From assembly GCF_001194135.2 (NCBI RefSeq), contig NC_068987.1:72456466-72520465 (forward strand): 64,000 nt of DNA, in the 5' to 3' direction. Numbering within the stretch: position 1 is the first letter of the stretch; every line of letters starts with the position of its first letter. Shown piece by piece: positions 38,201-53,113 of this stretch. The position numbers were made by a program, and so were the translations under genes. Under the pieces are notes generated by a model. That model was given only the letters and a program-made list of their open reading frames with translations. It was not told where the DNA came from and made no database searches. The stretch comes from Octopus bimaculoides. Its lineage: Eukaryota.

Positions 38201-40775
38201 AACGTCCCAGCAACTATGCTCACACAATCAGAAGCTGTAACAACAAGAGCTAAAGATGTATATATTTACCACCTGAATAAATGTTGTATAAGTTGATAGT
38301 CTGGAGTTCAGCGTTCCGTTATATTTTTTAATTTTATATAGGAAAGTCAGGTATACATCTAATGATGTATAACCAACTTTCCTATACTGAGTTGGGTGTT
38401 GGAGACACTTCTTGACACATCCATGCTCTATTGCTGGCCAGCAAGAAAGAGAATGAATTGAGCGGGAACGCTTGGTTGTTTAATTCTACGCATGCATGAG
38501 GCTACGCATGCACACGGCGTTACTACAGGGCTCCCTTGCCAGTGCGAGAAACGCACGATAATATTANNNNNNNNNNNNNNNNNNNNNNNNNNNNNNNNNN
38601 NNNNNNNNNNNNNNNNNNNNNNNNNNNNNNNNNNNNNNNNNNNNNNNNNNNNNNNNNNNNNNNNNNNNNNNNNNNNNNNNNNNNNNNNNNNNNNNNNNNN
38701 NNNNNNNNNNNNNNNNNNNNNNNNNNNNNNNNNNNNNNNNNNNNNNNNNNNNNNNNNNNNNNNNNNNNNNNNNNNNNNNNNNNNNNNNNNNNNNNNNNNN
38801 NNNNNNNNNNNNNNNNNNNNNNNNNNNNNNNNNNNNNNNNNNNNNNNNNNNNNNNNNNNNNNNNNNNNNNNNNNNNNNNNNNNNNNNNNNNNNNNNNNNN
38901 NNNNNNNNNNNNNNNNNNNNNNNNNNNNNNNNNNNNNNNNNNNNNNNNNNNNNNNNNNNNNNNNNNNNNNNNNNNNNNNNNNNNNNNNNNNNNNNNNNNN
39001 NNNNNNNNNNNNNNNNNNNNNNNNNNNNNNNNNNNNNNNNNNNNNNNNNNNNNNNNNNNNNNNNNNNNNNNNNNNNNNNNNNNNNNNNNNNNNNNNNNNN
39101 NNNNNNNNNNNNNNNNNNNNNNNNNNNNNNNNNNNNNNNNNNNNNNNNNNNNNNNNNNNNNNNNNNNNNNNNNNNNNNNNNNNNNNNNNNNNNNNNNNNN
39201 NNNNNNNNNNNNNNNNNNNNNNNNNNNNNNNNNNNNNNNNNNNNNNNNNNNNNNNNNNNNNNNNNNNNNNNNNNNNNNNNNNNNNNNNNNNNNNNNNNNN
39301 NNNNNNNNNNNNNNNNNNNNNNNNNNNNNNNNNNNNNNNNNNNNNNNNNNNNNNNNNNNNNNNNNCCACGCATGCGTGGGTTTTCAACATCGAAGCGTTC
39401 CCGCTATTAGACTGTCTCTTTACCAAGCCAGACAGCGACCAAGCAAGACGTCTAAGCAGGCTCTCCCATTTGAGTGTGGTTGAACCAAGTTGTCTCTACA
39501 ATGACACCAGCTCGAGGAACCGTATATCTACATTTCAGGCTACTCTAAAACCGGACGATTGGTAGCTGTTTTATTTTCCACCGTACAATAAATATTTGTT
39601 GTTGTTGATCAGTTTGGAGTTTCTGCGTTCAGTTCTCTTCCAATTTAATATAGGAAAGTTAGGTGTATATCTAAAGATATATAACCCACTCTCCTAAAAT
39701 ATCATGTTCAAAAATAAGAAAATGAAATTAAAGAATATATTACACACTGTAAAGGGGTTGGTGTTAGGAAGGGCATCCAGCCAAAGAAACCATGCCAAAC
39801 TTGATGCAGTCATCTGACTTGCCAACTCCTGTCAACCATCCAACCCATGCCAGCATGAAAAACAGGCATTAAATGATGATGATGATTGATCATGATTTAA
39901 TGCCAATCATAGATGCTATATGAAATTAAATGTATTGGCCTGACATACTGTTCACAGAGGTGCTTATTTTGTTCTATTAATTTGTAATTTATTGCTGAAA
40001 AAAATAAATATATATCAGTGTGTAAGTCAATAAGTATTAACTGTAATATTACTTAATACTTATCACTCATAACTATCCTAGTAGTTGCTAGTGACCTTCT
40101 AAGTAGATTTTTGTGAATTTGGCTTTAAAATTTGCACCTGATTATGACCTAAGGCTGAAATGGTCATTATACAAATTTTAAAATGATATATATAATCATT
40201 TAATGTCTGTTTACCATGCTTAGATGGTTTAACAGGATCCACTGAGCTGCAATGCAGTCGCATTGTCAGCTTTGGCATGGTTTCTATGGCTAGGTGTCCA
40301 TTTTAATACCAATAACTTTACAGTGTATACAGTGTTTTTTGTTTTTTTCTTTTGGTGACACCAGCACTAATAATGTTGCCAAATAGCTTGCAAGACAAAG
40401 TAAAAAAAGTAAAATGAAAAGATGTGGACAACCCTCACCCCTTCTGAAAGTTTTTGGTATTGATTCGCTTTTGAAAATTTTTCAAGACTTATGTTTTAAA
40501 GATCTGAGATAATGATTCTTAAAAAAAATGTGTAACATAAATCTGAAAACATATTTTTCAAAAAATAATGTTAAATCTGAAAAATTCTTGGAAGAGAGGT
40601 GGGACAGTCCTCCTCCCTGATCCAAAGTTTTTCTTTTGTTTTAAGCACCTAGAATACTTAAAGCATACACAGTTGAAGAAATTGCAATTTTTGGTATTCT
40701 AGATAATTTCCAACTCTATTATTTAGGAATGCCTCTGTGTGTGAGAGTGTATACACATGTATGTATATATATATA

Positions 40776-40808
<33 letters not shown>

Positions 40809-43800
40809 GTAAGTATGTATATATAAGCTTTTACACAATTTCAATTCATGAAATTTCAAAATTCCAATCCCAAGACATTGTATAGTAAGGTCAAACCAAC
40901 CTAGAACCATGTAATTTCCAAATGAACTTTATGGTCACAGTGATAGATTTGACACTCTACAACAATAAGCCAACAAAGATACCTCTACGTAGTCACTCAA
41001 TCTTCTAGAAATAGCATCCCAAATCTCCCTCAGATTTCACCCTAACATCTTCAGTAAAATGTATATGGCCCTGGATTCCCGGTAGATAAGAAAACGACAT
41101 GATGATCACAGCTAGAACGCCTTTGGTCATAGATCTAACTGATCAGGGTTGACCTAATGCTAAATAGCAACCAAATGCCCTCGAATCATACCTTACTGTC
41201 ATAAAGTAAATAGAAAGGACACTTTGGACAATATAGTCAAAGTTTACAAAAATATGAGCGGTCAAAGGTGGATCATTTTTCTGCTTAATCAGGGCTAATG
41301 ATAACAGTAACAATACTTTATCCACTGGTCCTTACTTAACTTCATCATCTTCATCATTTTTTTATGTCCAGCTGCAAGAACTCAGATTATTTATCCTTTT
41401 AGTTATGTTGATGCCAATTTTTTGTCATTCCTGTGTAAAGAACTTGAAGTTTAAGATTGTTTCCTTCATATCTGTTGTGATTGTGTGTTATAATAACAAA
41501 TTAACAAATTACCTGAGAAATTTTATAATACCTTTGTGGTCAGATGCTATGACATGGCTGTGTTAAATTTGTCTGAAATCTGTAACTCTTTCATTAGCAC
41601 CTTAGCATTCAGATTACCCTGTCAAATGTAATGCTTATTTATTCACATTGTTTTGAATTAATCAAGCAGTATCTCATAGTTTCAAGATTTCAATGATGTG
41701 ATTGTTTTTTTTTTTTTTTAGAATGACATTGTTGGGTAGGTGTAAGAGACCATATCTGGCCATTTCAAACTTAAAACAGGTGGAATATTTTCGGCTGGAT
41801 ATGGCCAGTTTACATGCAAAGGGGTTAAGATGTCAATAGTTCTATGTTGAAATGGTGAAGCCACATTTACATCCTCTGTAAACATTATGTCCTGTATTTC
41901 TGAATTTTAGTGGAATAAAAAACCAAAAACTAAAAAAACTTCTTATTTGAGAAACCATACAACATAGTCTGGTAAACAATAAACATAAAACAGTAAATGA
42001 ACAATTGTAAATGAAGTAATTTACATTGTTGAGCTTTTAAAATTTTCAGTATTAGATATATATATAAAAAGGTGAAAGCACCATTTTTCCAAAATTAACA
42101 GAAATACATTTTCTCCCTTTTATTCTAGGTGCTGGCAAACCACCAATGTTTGGTGACTTTGAAGCTCAGAGACATTGGATGGAAATCACCTATAATCTTC
42201 CAGTTAAAAAATGGTAAGTAAATAGAAGAAATATTTCACTTACTCTAATTGTTATCACCATTATTCCCATCATTTTCTTATTAATGTGGGTTGTATTGGT
42301 TTATTTAGCTAAATTTGTTGTCAAAAGCTCCAGAGTGTAAAGAGCTATCACATTGGAGACCCAAATTTAGAAGAAAGAAAAATTTATATAAACAAATAAC
42401 ATCAACACTACCAATAATAATGATAAATTTCTTTCTATCTCATTTTGCTTTTCTGTTTTTCATTTCGAATGTTACTATATTTACATCTTATGTGTGTGCG
42501 CGCACACACACACACATGGCTGGTGTTAAGTAGGGCACCCAGCCATAGAAACCATACCAATGTCGACATTGAAGCTCAATACAGCCCTGCAGCTCATCAG
42601 AACCTGTCAAAGCAGCCAACTAATACCAACATGGAAAACTAATGTTGAATACTAACCATGATGACATATATGACATTGATATGGGTGGGTAGTTAAAAAG
42701 TTTGCTTTGCAACCTTGTGGGTTGGGGTCCAGTTCCACTGCATCACACTTTGGGCAAGTATCTTCTACTACAGCTCCAGGGCAACCAAATCCTTGAGTGG
42801 ATCCAGTGGACAGAAACAGAAAGAAGCTTATCATATATGTGTATGTCTCTTCTTGACATTGTGTGCTAGTTGGAAATGAATGTCACCATTTTACATGCAA
42901 CATTGTTCATTTGCAATCTTCTGTGAATACATGTCTGACTATCATTGATGTGTTCTTGTTTAAACAACTAAGGGAAATATTACCTCACTTGGAAATGGGT
43001 GAAAGCTGGAGACAGGATGAGAAGCTAGCAGTAAAAAATCTACCTTCATAAATTTCATTTGATCCATGCAGGCATGGAAAAGTGGAGACTATATAGATGC
43101 TACCTTGGCATGTGCTCTACAAGGGAGATTACTTTAGGTTACTTTTTAGTTTATTTTTCAATTTCTAAAATCTGTAAGATGCTGGCTAAAGATTTTTACA
43201 ATGTAATCACTGACAAGATGAAAGCAGTTGCATTTTTAGAAAAAACCAGCACTAAATTCACATAATTTCTTAAGAGAAAGAAAGGTGTCACTTTGGCATG
43301 TGATCTACAGTTTCAAGGGAGATTACTTTAGGTTACTTTCTTGTCTACTTTGTGTTAGTGCTGTATTCTATGTGATCTACGTGAGCAAATTTACTTTGGT
43401 AGATGATCTATGTACTTATTTTAATTGTTGTATGGTTTTCTTATTAGAATAGTAAGAATTTTGAAAAAATACATTTACAATGCTAAATATATACAAAATA
43501 ATTTAAAAAGTAACCTAAAGTAATCTCCCTTGTAGATCACACACCAAAGTAGCACCAACTATATGTGTGTGTGTGTGTGTAGATTTACAATAAGTATCAC
43601 ATCAATGTTATAATACTTAATTCATTAACATTTTTAGCACATTAAATTAATTAGCCTTGTTTTTGATATTTTCAGTGTCATTAATCATAATACTTTTATC
43701 ATAACACATACATTACTCATTTACTTTCATCAAAAAAATTGGAAGTTATGATAAAAGTATTATTATGAATAATGAGGCTAACTAATTTAATGTGCTAATA

Positions 43801-43871
43801 ATTTTAACGAATTAAGTATTATAACATTGATGTGATACTTACTGTATGCCTACTTTTGCATCCTCTGTATG

Positions 43872-43919
<48 letters not shown>

Positions 43920-46900
43920 CCAAAACTACGATATAGAGCGACCAGCTTACATATAATATATTAAATTATGAATATCAATATAATCGACTAACCCTCTCGC
44001 TCAATAAAAATTCTGAATAAAATGCGATTATATATTGATGTTATTTATTTGTAGGTACCATAACTCCACTGATAATGATCTCATGTATTGGGGCCTTGAT
44101 TATCCCCCCTTAACAGCTTACCACAGCTGGATTATGGGGGCAATGTAAGTTGATATTTTTTTTTTTTTCTTTCTGACTTCTTTTGTGTCTTATTGTCTTA
44201 CCGTCCGAAATATTTTTTCATATGACTAGTTTTTTTTCTCTTATTTTTTAAACCTCATTCGTAAGAATCATACAATTTTTGTTTTGAATTCTCAGTTTTC
44301 ACTCTTTTCTGAAGTTTTAATGTTAGAAAACTTGTTTAATGTATTGTTACTATACATGGACAAACCAGCTTGAATGAGGCCTTATATGGTCATTCTACCT
44401 CCTGCAAATAACGGGTCAATCTTCCTCAAACTACACCATACCATTTCAAAAAGCAGAAGGACGCTGTGGATAATGTAGTTCTAGATATTCTGGATGACTG
44501 CAGTTGAAATAAGCTTTAGTCATAAGCTGTGTTGTTTAAGATTGATGTAGAGCTAAACAATTATGATTGGATCCTGTAATGAAGTATTGATATCACCCAC
44601 TACATTCTTGGAGCAGTTGGTATTAAGAAGGGCATCCAGTTGTAAAAACTTTGCAGGATCAGATTGGAGACTGTTGCAGCCTTCTGGCTTGCTAGCCCTC
44701 AGTCAAACCGTCCAACCCATGTCAGCATGGAAAGCAGACGTTAAACAATCATGCTGATGATGATGATATATCCAGTAATATTACACAACATAGGATACCA
44801 CAATTTGTGCCATATCATACTATACTAAACCTGTATTTTCAAACTGTGAAATCTTGGTCACATTCACAAATATATTGGGAGTAGTTCCTTGCAAGGTACA
44901 ATGGAATTCTAATAGGAGATCTTTTAGATTTTTTTCTTGTTTAGTATCTTAACTTCTATTTCTTTTATGTCTTCAAAAAGCATCATCAAAACATGTGAAG
45001 GCACTGGAGATAAAAGTAAACTTAGATTGATGCCATTTCAATTGATTATTATTGAATTAACTGATATGTCCTACTTGTATAATTAACATACCAAAATTGC
45101 ATACATGTGCGTGTGGATTTACATCTTCCAATTTTCGTTGTAGTTCACATTACATTAACCCTGACTGGGTTGCTCTCCATTCTTCTCGAGGTCTTGAAAA
45201 TCCACTTCACAAGTTATTTATGCGATATTCAGGTAATTCTGATTTGACATTTTATAAATTTAATGACTGTGTGTGTGTGTGTGTATTACTTTTGAAACTG
45301 AAAACACTTTAGTAGTTACTCTAGCACTCTAATTTTGTGTATAACACTGGTAAAACTGTTTGAGAAGTAATATACATGAAACTCAAATACTTGAGTAATT
45401 ATGTAAGTATGTTCAGCACTTTAAAAAAATACATTTTTGTGCTTTAAGATGAAATGGTGGGAATGCTACATCAAAAGGATCAAAGGTCCTTCCTAAGCCA
45501 TAGGCTTATAAAGATGGTTTCTTGGATTCCGTAACCTCTCTTTCTGCCCCACTGGATGGGACACCAGTCTGTTGCAGAATTACTCACTTCTATCAGCTGA
45601 GTGGACTTGAGCAATGTGAAATGAAGTGTTTCCGTCAAGAACACAATGTAACGTCCAGCCCAGGAATTGAAACCGCAATCTTACAATTATGGGTGCAAAC
45701 CTCTAACCACTTAGCCATGCTCCTCCACACTTAGCCATGCCCTTCCACACACACAGACACAGATATATATACATTCAATGGAGATCAATAAAAAAAATAC
45801 GAAACAGAAATAAACTTTAGGCTTAGTGTGGTTAACTAAAATCCTTGAAAGAGATGCCCCAGTATGGCCACAGTTCAATAGCTGATACTAGTCATCAAAT
45901 ATGAGATTTTATTACTCTCTCTGCTCAGGTTACTATGTACCTTCTCTACAACAACACACTTGTTTCTGTCTCTCTGTTTCACTATAACTTTTCATCATCT
46001 GATACAAGATCACCTCCTCCAATGCCCTCTCCCCTCTCAAAGGATCTTTGTTTTGCAAGTTACTTGGTGACCCTGTCAGTGCTGGTGCCACTTAAAAAGC
46101 ATCATGTCCGCATTGTAAAGTGGTTAGCATTTGGAAGGGCATCTGGCTGTAAAAACTATGTCAAAACTGACCTCACATGTGCTTGTACCACGTAAAAAGC
46201 ACTCAGTCCACTCTGCTAGGTGGTTGCTGTAACAAAGGGCATCCATCCATAAAAATCCTGGCCAGCTCCTGTCAAACCATCCAACCCATGTCGGCATGGA
46301 AACCAGACATTAAATGATGATGATGATGATATTACATTGTTTTCACTTCTCATATAAATACACGTTGATTACACTGTGATGTAAACTCTGACAAGTCTCT
46401 TGACTGTTTTACATACATTGCTAATGAATGGTCAAACAAATATTTGGTTCAGTACTTGTGTAAGAAATCTTTGCTGCTGTTGTTGTTGGTGTTCATGTAG
46501 TTCTAAGACAGCAACCTAACAGAATCATTAGCATACTGGGCAAAATGCTTAGCAGCATTTCATCCAATTTTACATTCTGAGTTCAAATGCCACTAAGGTC
46601 AGCTTTGCCTTTTACTGTTTCAGGGTCACTAAAATACTAGTTGAGTAGTGGGGTTGATTTAATTCACTTAGTCCTTCTCTCCAAACTGCTGGCCTTGTGC
46701 CAAAATTTGAAATTATTATTATTAATTGTACCAGTGGAACATTAAAAGCACATCCAAGCATGATCGTTGCCAGGACTACGGATTGGCTCCTGTGCCTGTT
46801 GCACGTAAAATGACCATTCGAGCATGATCGTTGCCAGCGTCGCCTTACCGGCACATGTGCTGGTGACACGTGAAAATCATTTGAGCATGGTTGTTGCCAG

Positions 46901-49900
46901 AACAGCCTGACTGGCCCTCGTGCCAGTGGCGCATAAAAGCACCCACTACACTCTCAGAGTGGTTGGCGTTAGGAAGGGCATCCAGCTGTAGAAACTTTGC
47001 CAGATCAGGTTGAGCCTGGTGCAGCCTCTGGCTTACCAGTCCTCAGTCAAACCGTCCAACCCATGCCAACATGGAAAGTGGACGTTAAATGACGATGATG
47101 ATGATTTGTTGAGGTGGTGAGCTGGTAGAACTGTTAGCATGCTGGGAAAAATGTGTAGCTGCATTTCATCTGTTTTTATATTCTGAGTTCAAATTCCACC
47201 AAGGTCAACTTTGCCTTTCATCTTTTTATGGTTGGTTTAATAAATACCAGTCAAGTACTGGGTCAATGTAATTCAAAATTGTGGGCCTTGTGCCAAAATT
47301 TGAAACTATTATCATTATTTGTTGTATTTCATCCTTTGATCTTAGCCAAGAAAAGAAATCATTATTATTATTATTAGATAATGCGAAGAGCGCGGTACGA
47401 TTGCAATATTTTATTGGTTGAATGATACTTCGACAGCTAGCCTGTCTTTCTCGAGTTCAAAATGAAAAGTGATATTATTATTATTTTCTTTCTTCCCAGT
47501 TATCTTCTCAGATCTTCTACTTTACATCCCTGCTGTTTGTCTGTTTATGTACCACAGTTATAGAAAGGACAGCAAAAAATGTGTAAGTACTTGTGTTTTA
47601 GTATTTTAAATTTTACCTTCTTCAACTTTTGTAAACATGACCTAAATCATCATTATTTTGTATCCACTTTTCTACACAAATATTAACGATGATAATAATA
47701 ATGGTTACTACTGTATAGTCTTTAAACTTTTATTCTTATTCTACCTTAACTTTTATTCTTATTCAGCTGTTTAAATAAATAGGAGTTAAAATATATTACC
47801 AAACAATTCTTCAGATATTTTATGCACCTGTTTGATCTTTCGTGGTTTTGCTTTTTTTAAAACTTTTCCCATGGCATTAGGAATTAAAATGATCAATGAG
47901 ATAAGCCATTCAGATGTTGGCTCATAGGTCATTGGCAAGAAATATAAATCTCTTTGCCTTTGTCTGTGTGACTAACAGCAGATTTCACTCAAGTTAGTTA
48001 CTTGAGGAGTTAATATTTATGCAATAACATCAACAATATAAAATTTGTATATAAATTTAGAAATCAATATAAAACAGTGTAAAAGGCTCAGTAGTTACTA
48101 GAACACCATTTGTCTATTTTTGGTTATCCCAGGTCTACCTTGATGAAGCAGGACTTCAATTAAGACATTCTTCATATGTGTATCCTAGTCCCATCTTTTA
48201 TCTATAGTGTATGAAATTTTAATTCAAGTTCCATAGTTAATTTCTTTAAAATTGGATCTACTTCAACTCCACTATCTTTTCATGTATAAAAATAATAGTT
48301 ATATCAGGTGAAATTTTCATCCATCATCTCTGTCTACTATTCATTAGAGAGTTGAGGTGGTAGCATCCTCAAGCACCTCCTCCAAAAGGTCCTATCAGAA
48401 GCAATCATCATTACACTTTCTGGTTGGATTCACAAGTATGACCAACTGAGACTGGATATTATCCAAACATCTCATTCCTGGTCTACTTCTAGGTTGTCTC
48501 AGCTTGAAGAATTCATCTTGTGATTCTTTCCTGCAACATTCTAATCATATATCCATAGTACTAGAACTGTGACCTCTCAATGCAGAGGAATAGTGGCTTG
48601 ACCTGGAGAAACTCACTGATCTCCAAGCTATGCACTCTGTTAAGTAACGTCACTCTAGAGAGCCTTCAGAGGAGTTCCATTTTGATTGCTAGTATTCACA
48701 ATCATTCTTTTCTGTCATTACCCAATATTTATCACCATCAGTGAAGATAGGCACAGAAACTGAACTAAGGATAACAAAGTTTGAATAAAAATGATTGCTT
48801 TCAGCTTAGATTGATATATGTTTTTCAAATATTTTTCTCTCAGAATAAACATTTTTCTTTCTTATTTTGATTTAAAGCTACTGTCTACAGCCTGTGCCTT
48901 GATTTACCCTGGACTAATTCTGATTGACCATGGACATTTCCAGTATCCTTTTGATGTTTAGCACATAACAGTACTGTTTTTACTATAATTACACTGGAAG
49001 ATTTAACCAAGAGTGCCTTCTGCATAAAGAACATATAGTTATATACAGGCTAACTTACTGAATGTAGTGAGGTGAAAATAATTTCTAGCTGAAATTATTC
49101 CCATAATTCATAATTAATAATGACACCCCAAGTATCTCTGTCAAACCCATGCTGACATGGAAAATGGATGTTAGTGATGATGAGTGAAAATTCATCTCAA
49201 AAGGATAGGGGAGGGAACTTTGAAATTTTAATTGCCCAAAAGTTAAATGGAGAAAGAAGTTAATCTGATCTTTTGGTAGCTATGGTGACAACTCTGGACA
49301 GGTTTCAGTATCATCAGATCTCCTCAGCAGAACATAAGACAGATTCTTCCACCTCAGCTGCATATTCTCATTTAATTTTAATCATTTTACAATAGGTTAC
49401 ATTAGGAATCAATGATTTATTTTTGTTATGATCCACTTTTGATTACATGTGCCCAGGGTTCACATATATATCATATCACATTGATTCATTTATTTAATGT
49501 TCATTTTTCTTTGCTAGCATAGGTTGGAAGAGATTTGTTAATGGCGTATTATTTTTACAGCTGGATACTCTTCTTTCACTATCCTTTGTTCTTTTAGTAA
49601 GGAATTTTTGTACCATTTGTCTTTCCCAGATGACAAGACTCATCATTAATCTCTGTATAAATCCTAAAGTGTTTCATAATATAGTTATAACAGATTTTCT
49701 GGAAGTATTCATTCTAAAGTCTTTGCAGATTACTGATTTTTCTGAACTAGGCATGGTTACACTTTAAATTAAACAAATATTAAATTTACTTAAATAATTA
49801 GATGAAATTCAAGTACTTGTGCATTATTATAAATGATACAAGAACAATATACACTCAGGGCACACAGGAATTAGACTTTCTCAAATGGTCAGGAGGCTTG

Positions 49901-52900
49901 CTTGAGGTTGTCAAGTTTCTGCTACCTAGATGACCAAATTAGCAATGGTGGAGGATGTTCTAAAAGCATTGTTGCTAGAATAAGAATAGTTCAACGACTT
50001 ATTAACCTCTGTTGGCAATAAAAGGACTTTCTCTGAGTGAAAGACAGATTGTATGATGCTTGTGTACGAATGGCTATACTCCATGGTAGTGAGGCATGGG
50101 TTCTGAATGCAGAAGACATGCATAGACTTGAGAGGAATGAAGCTAGTATGCTCTGCTGGATGTGCAACATCACTGTGCATGTACGACAAAGTGCAAATGT
50201 ACTGAGAGAAAAGTTAGGCATAAGAGGAATCAGATGCAGCATGCAAGATAGAAAACTACGTTGGTTTGGACAGGTGATGCATATGAATGTAGACAGCTGT
50301 ATAAAAAAGTGCCAATCACTGAAAGTGGATGCTACCTGTGGAAGTGGGTGACTCAGGAAGACATTGGATGAAGTAGTGAGGACTGATCTCCGGATGTTGG
50401 GCCTCATGGAGGAAATGGCAATGAACTGAGATGTCTGGTGATATGTGGTTCTTGAGAAGACCCACCCACCTCAGTGAAACAGTTCTGGGAGTGTTGTGTG
50501 TTCCACCTATATGTAACATCATCATCATCATCATCGTTTAACGTCCGCTTTCCATGCTAGCATGGGTTGGACGATTTGACTGAGGACTGGTGAAACCGGA
50601 TGGCAACAGCAGGCTCCAGTCTAATTTGGCAGAGTTTCTACAGCTGGATGCCCTTCCTAACACCAACCACTCAGAGAGTGTAGTGGGTGCTTTTACGTGT
50701 CACCCGCACGAAAACGGCCACNNNNNNNNNNNNNNNNNNNNNNNNNNNNNNNNNNNNNNNNNNNNNNNNNNNNNNNNNNNNNNNNNNNNNNNNNNNNNNN
50801 NNNNNNNNNNNNNNNNNNNNNNNNNNNNNNNNNNNNNNNNNNNNNNNNNNNNNNNNNNNNNNNNNNNNNNNNNNNNNNNNNNNNNNNNNNNNNNNNNNNN
50901 NNNNNNNNNNNNNNNNNNNNNNNNNNNNNNNNNNNNNNNNNNNNNNNNNNNNNNNNNNNNNNNNNNNNNNNNNNNNNNNNNNNNNNNNNNNNNNNNNNNN
51001 NNNNNNNNNNNNNNNNNNNNNNNNNNNNNNNNNNNNNNNNNNNNNNNNNNNNNNNNNNNNNNNNNNNNNNNNNNNNNNNNNNNNNNNNNNNNNNNNNNNN
51101 NNNNNNNNNNNNNNNNNNNNNNNNNNNNNNNNNNNNNNNNNNNNNNNNNNNNNNNNNNNNNNNNNNNNNNNNNNNNNNNNNNNNNNNNNNNNNNNNNNNN
51201 NNNNNNNNNNNNNNNNNNNNNNNNNNNNNNNNNNNNNNNNNNNNNNNNNNNNNNNNNNNNNNNNNNNNNNNNNNNNNNNNNNNNNNNNNNNNNNNNNNNN
51301 NNNNNNNNNNNNNNNNNNNNNNNNNNNNNNNNNNNNNNNNNNNNNNNNNNNNNNNNNNNNNNNNNNNNNNNNNNNNNNNNNNNNNNNNNNNNNNNNNNNN
51401 NNNNNNNNNNNNNNNNNNNNNNNNNNNNNNNNNNNNNNNNNNNNNNNNNNNNNNNNNNNNNNNNNNNNNNNNNNNNNNNNNNNNNNNNNNNNNNNNNNNN
51501 NNNNNNNNNNNNNNNNNNNNNNNNNNNNNNNNNNNNNNNNNNNNNNNNNNNNNNNNNNNNNNNNNNNNNNNNNNNNNNNNNNNNNNNNNNNNNNNNNNNN
51601 NNNNNNNNNNNNNNNNNNNNNNNNNNNNNNNNNNNNNNNNNNNNNNNNNNNNNNNNNNNNNNNNNNNNNNNNNNNNNNNNNNNNNNNNNNNNNNNNCTTG
51701 CACCGGGTACATCTTATAGAGTTACTACCTACTCCTTTTCTACATACTGAGCAGGGCCATCTACCTGAAGGGGTTTGTGTTTTATCTACCTTCCTACTTA
51801 TTAGGATTTTGGCTAGGTTGACTCTAAGGCCCTTCAATTCTAGACCTTGCTTCCACACCTGAAACTTCTCCTCTAGTTCTGATAGTGACTCCGCAATTAG
51901 GGCAAGGTCATCAGCACAGAGGAGCTCCCAGGGGCAACCTGTCTTGAACTCCTCTGTGATTGCCTGGAGGACTATGATAAATAAGAGGGGGCTGAGAACG
52001 GAACCTTGGTGGACCCCTACCTCTACCCGGAATTCAAACAATATAAAATTTCACACACCCTATCTCTACAAACCAAACTACATCTCTTCCTCACATTTCT
52101 TCTTTTTCATGCACTACACTCATGCTTATCTGTGCTTCCCAATCCTGACTTCACTGCCCTGCTCACTGTATCATTGTTATCCTGTTGTCCTCCACCTCCT
52201 TTATATACTCACTACATTCTCCACCTCCAACACTCCTTGCATTCATGTGAAGTCCCTACTCCCTACTCATGCACCCTTGGCAATACTCTATTATCCCATT
52301 CATATTCTGATTCCCATACCTTGAGAGTATGCCCTGACACTTCACCATCTCTCTCCTGCTCTCTCTCTTGCACTCTCACCTTCTCACTCTCTTCTACTCT
52401 CTCTCATTCTTGATCACTCTCTCTCTCTCTCTCTCGCTTTCTTCTTCTGACTGGGTACCCATGTATCTCCCCTACAGCAACACACTGTTTCTGTTCTCAT
52501 TCTTGATCTCTCTCTCTCTCTCTCTCTCTCCCACTCTCTCTTTGCCTTTCTCTGACTAGGTAACTATGTATCTCCTCTACAGCAAGGCACCTGTTTCTGT
52601 CCCTCTGTCACACTCTAACCTCTCATCACCTGGCATAAAACCACCTCTTCCAATGCCCCGCCTCTCAAAGAATCTTTGTCTTGCAAGTTGCTTGGTGATC
52701 CCAGCAGTCCACACTGTAAGGTGGTTGGTTTTAGGAATGGCATCCACCTGTAAAAACCATGCCAAGACAGACAGTGAAACTTGGTGCAGTCTTCTATCAA
52801 GCCATCCAACTGATGCCAACATGGAAAATGGACATTAAATGATGATGACTATGATAATACAGGTTTATCAATACTGTACTATTAAATTGGGAGGTCCAAC

Positions 52901-53055
52901 AAACTAGTCTGGCTGCAGTAGGAATTTAAAATTCCTGTTCATAAATTAGTGCAGATTATAAAAGGTTTTGGACCATCAGTATCCAAACAGTGACTGTTCT
53001 ACCTGTATATGTTTATGGATCATCTCCTAAGTATAAAGATCACAATTTTCATGTA

Positions 53056-53113
<58 letters not shown>

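Noticed and set aside
1460-51862. Long ORFs of 130-450 aa in the track that span N runs (1460, 3850, 10545, 18888, 38428, 50590 and others)
   Set aside because: Artefacts: N codons contain no stops and the flanks are (AT)n or (CA)n microsatellites giving YIYI/VCVC peptides.
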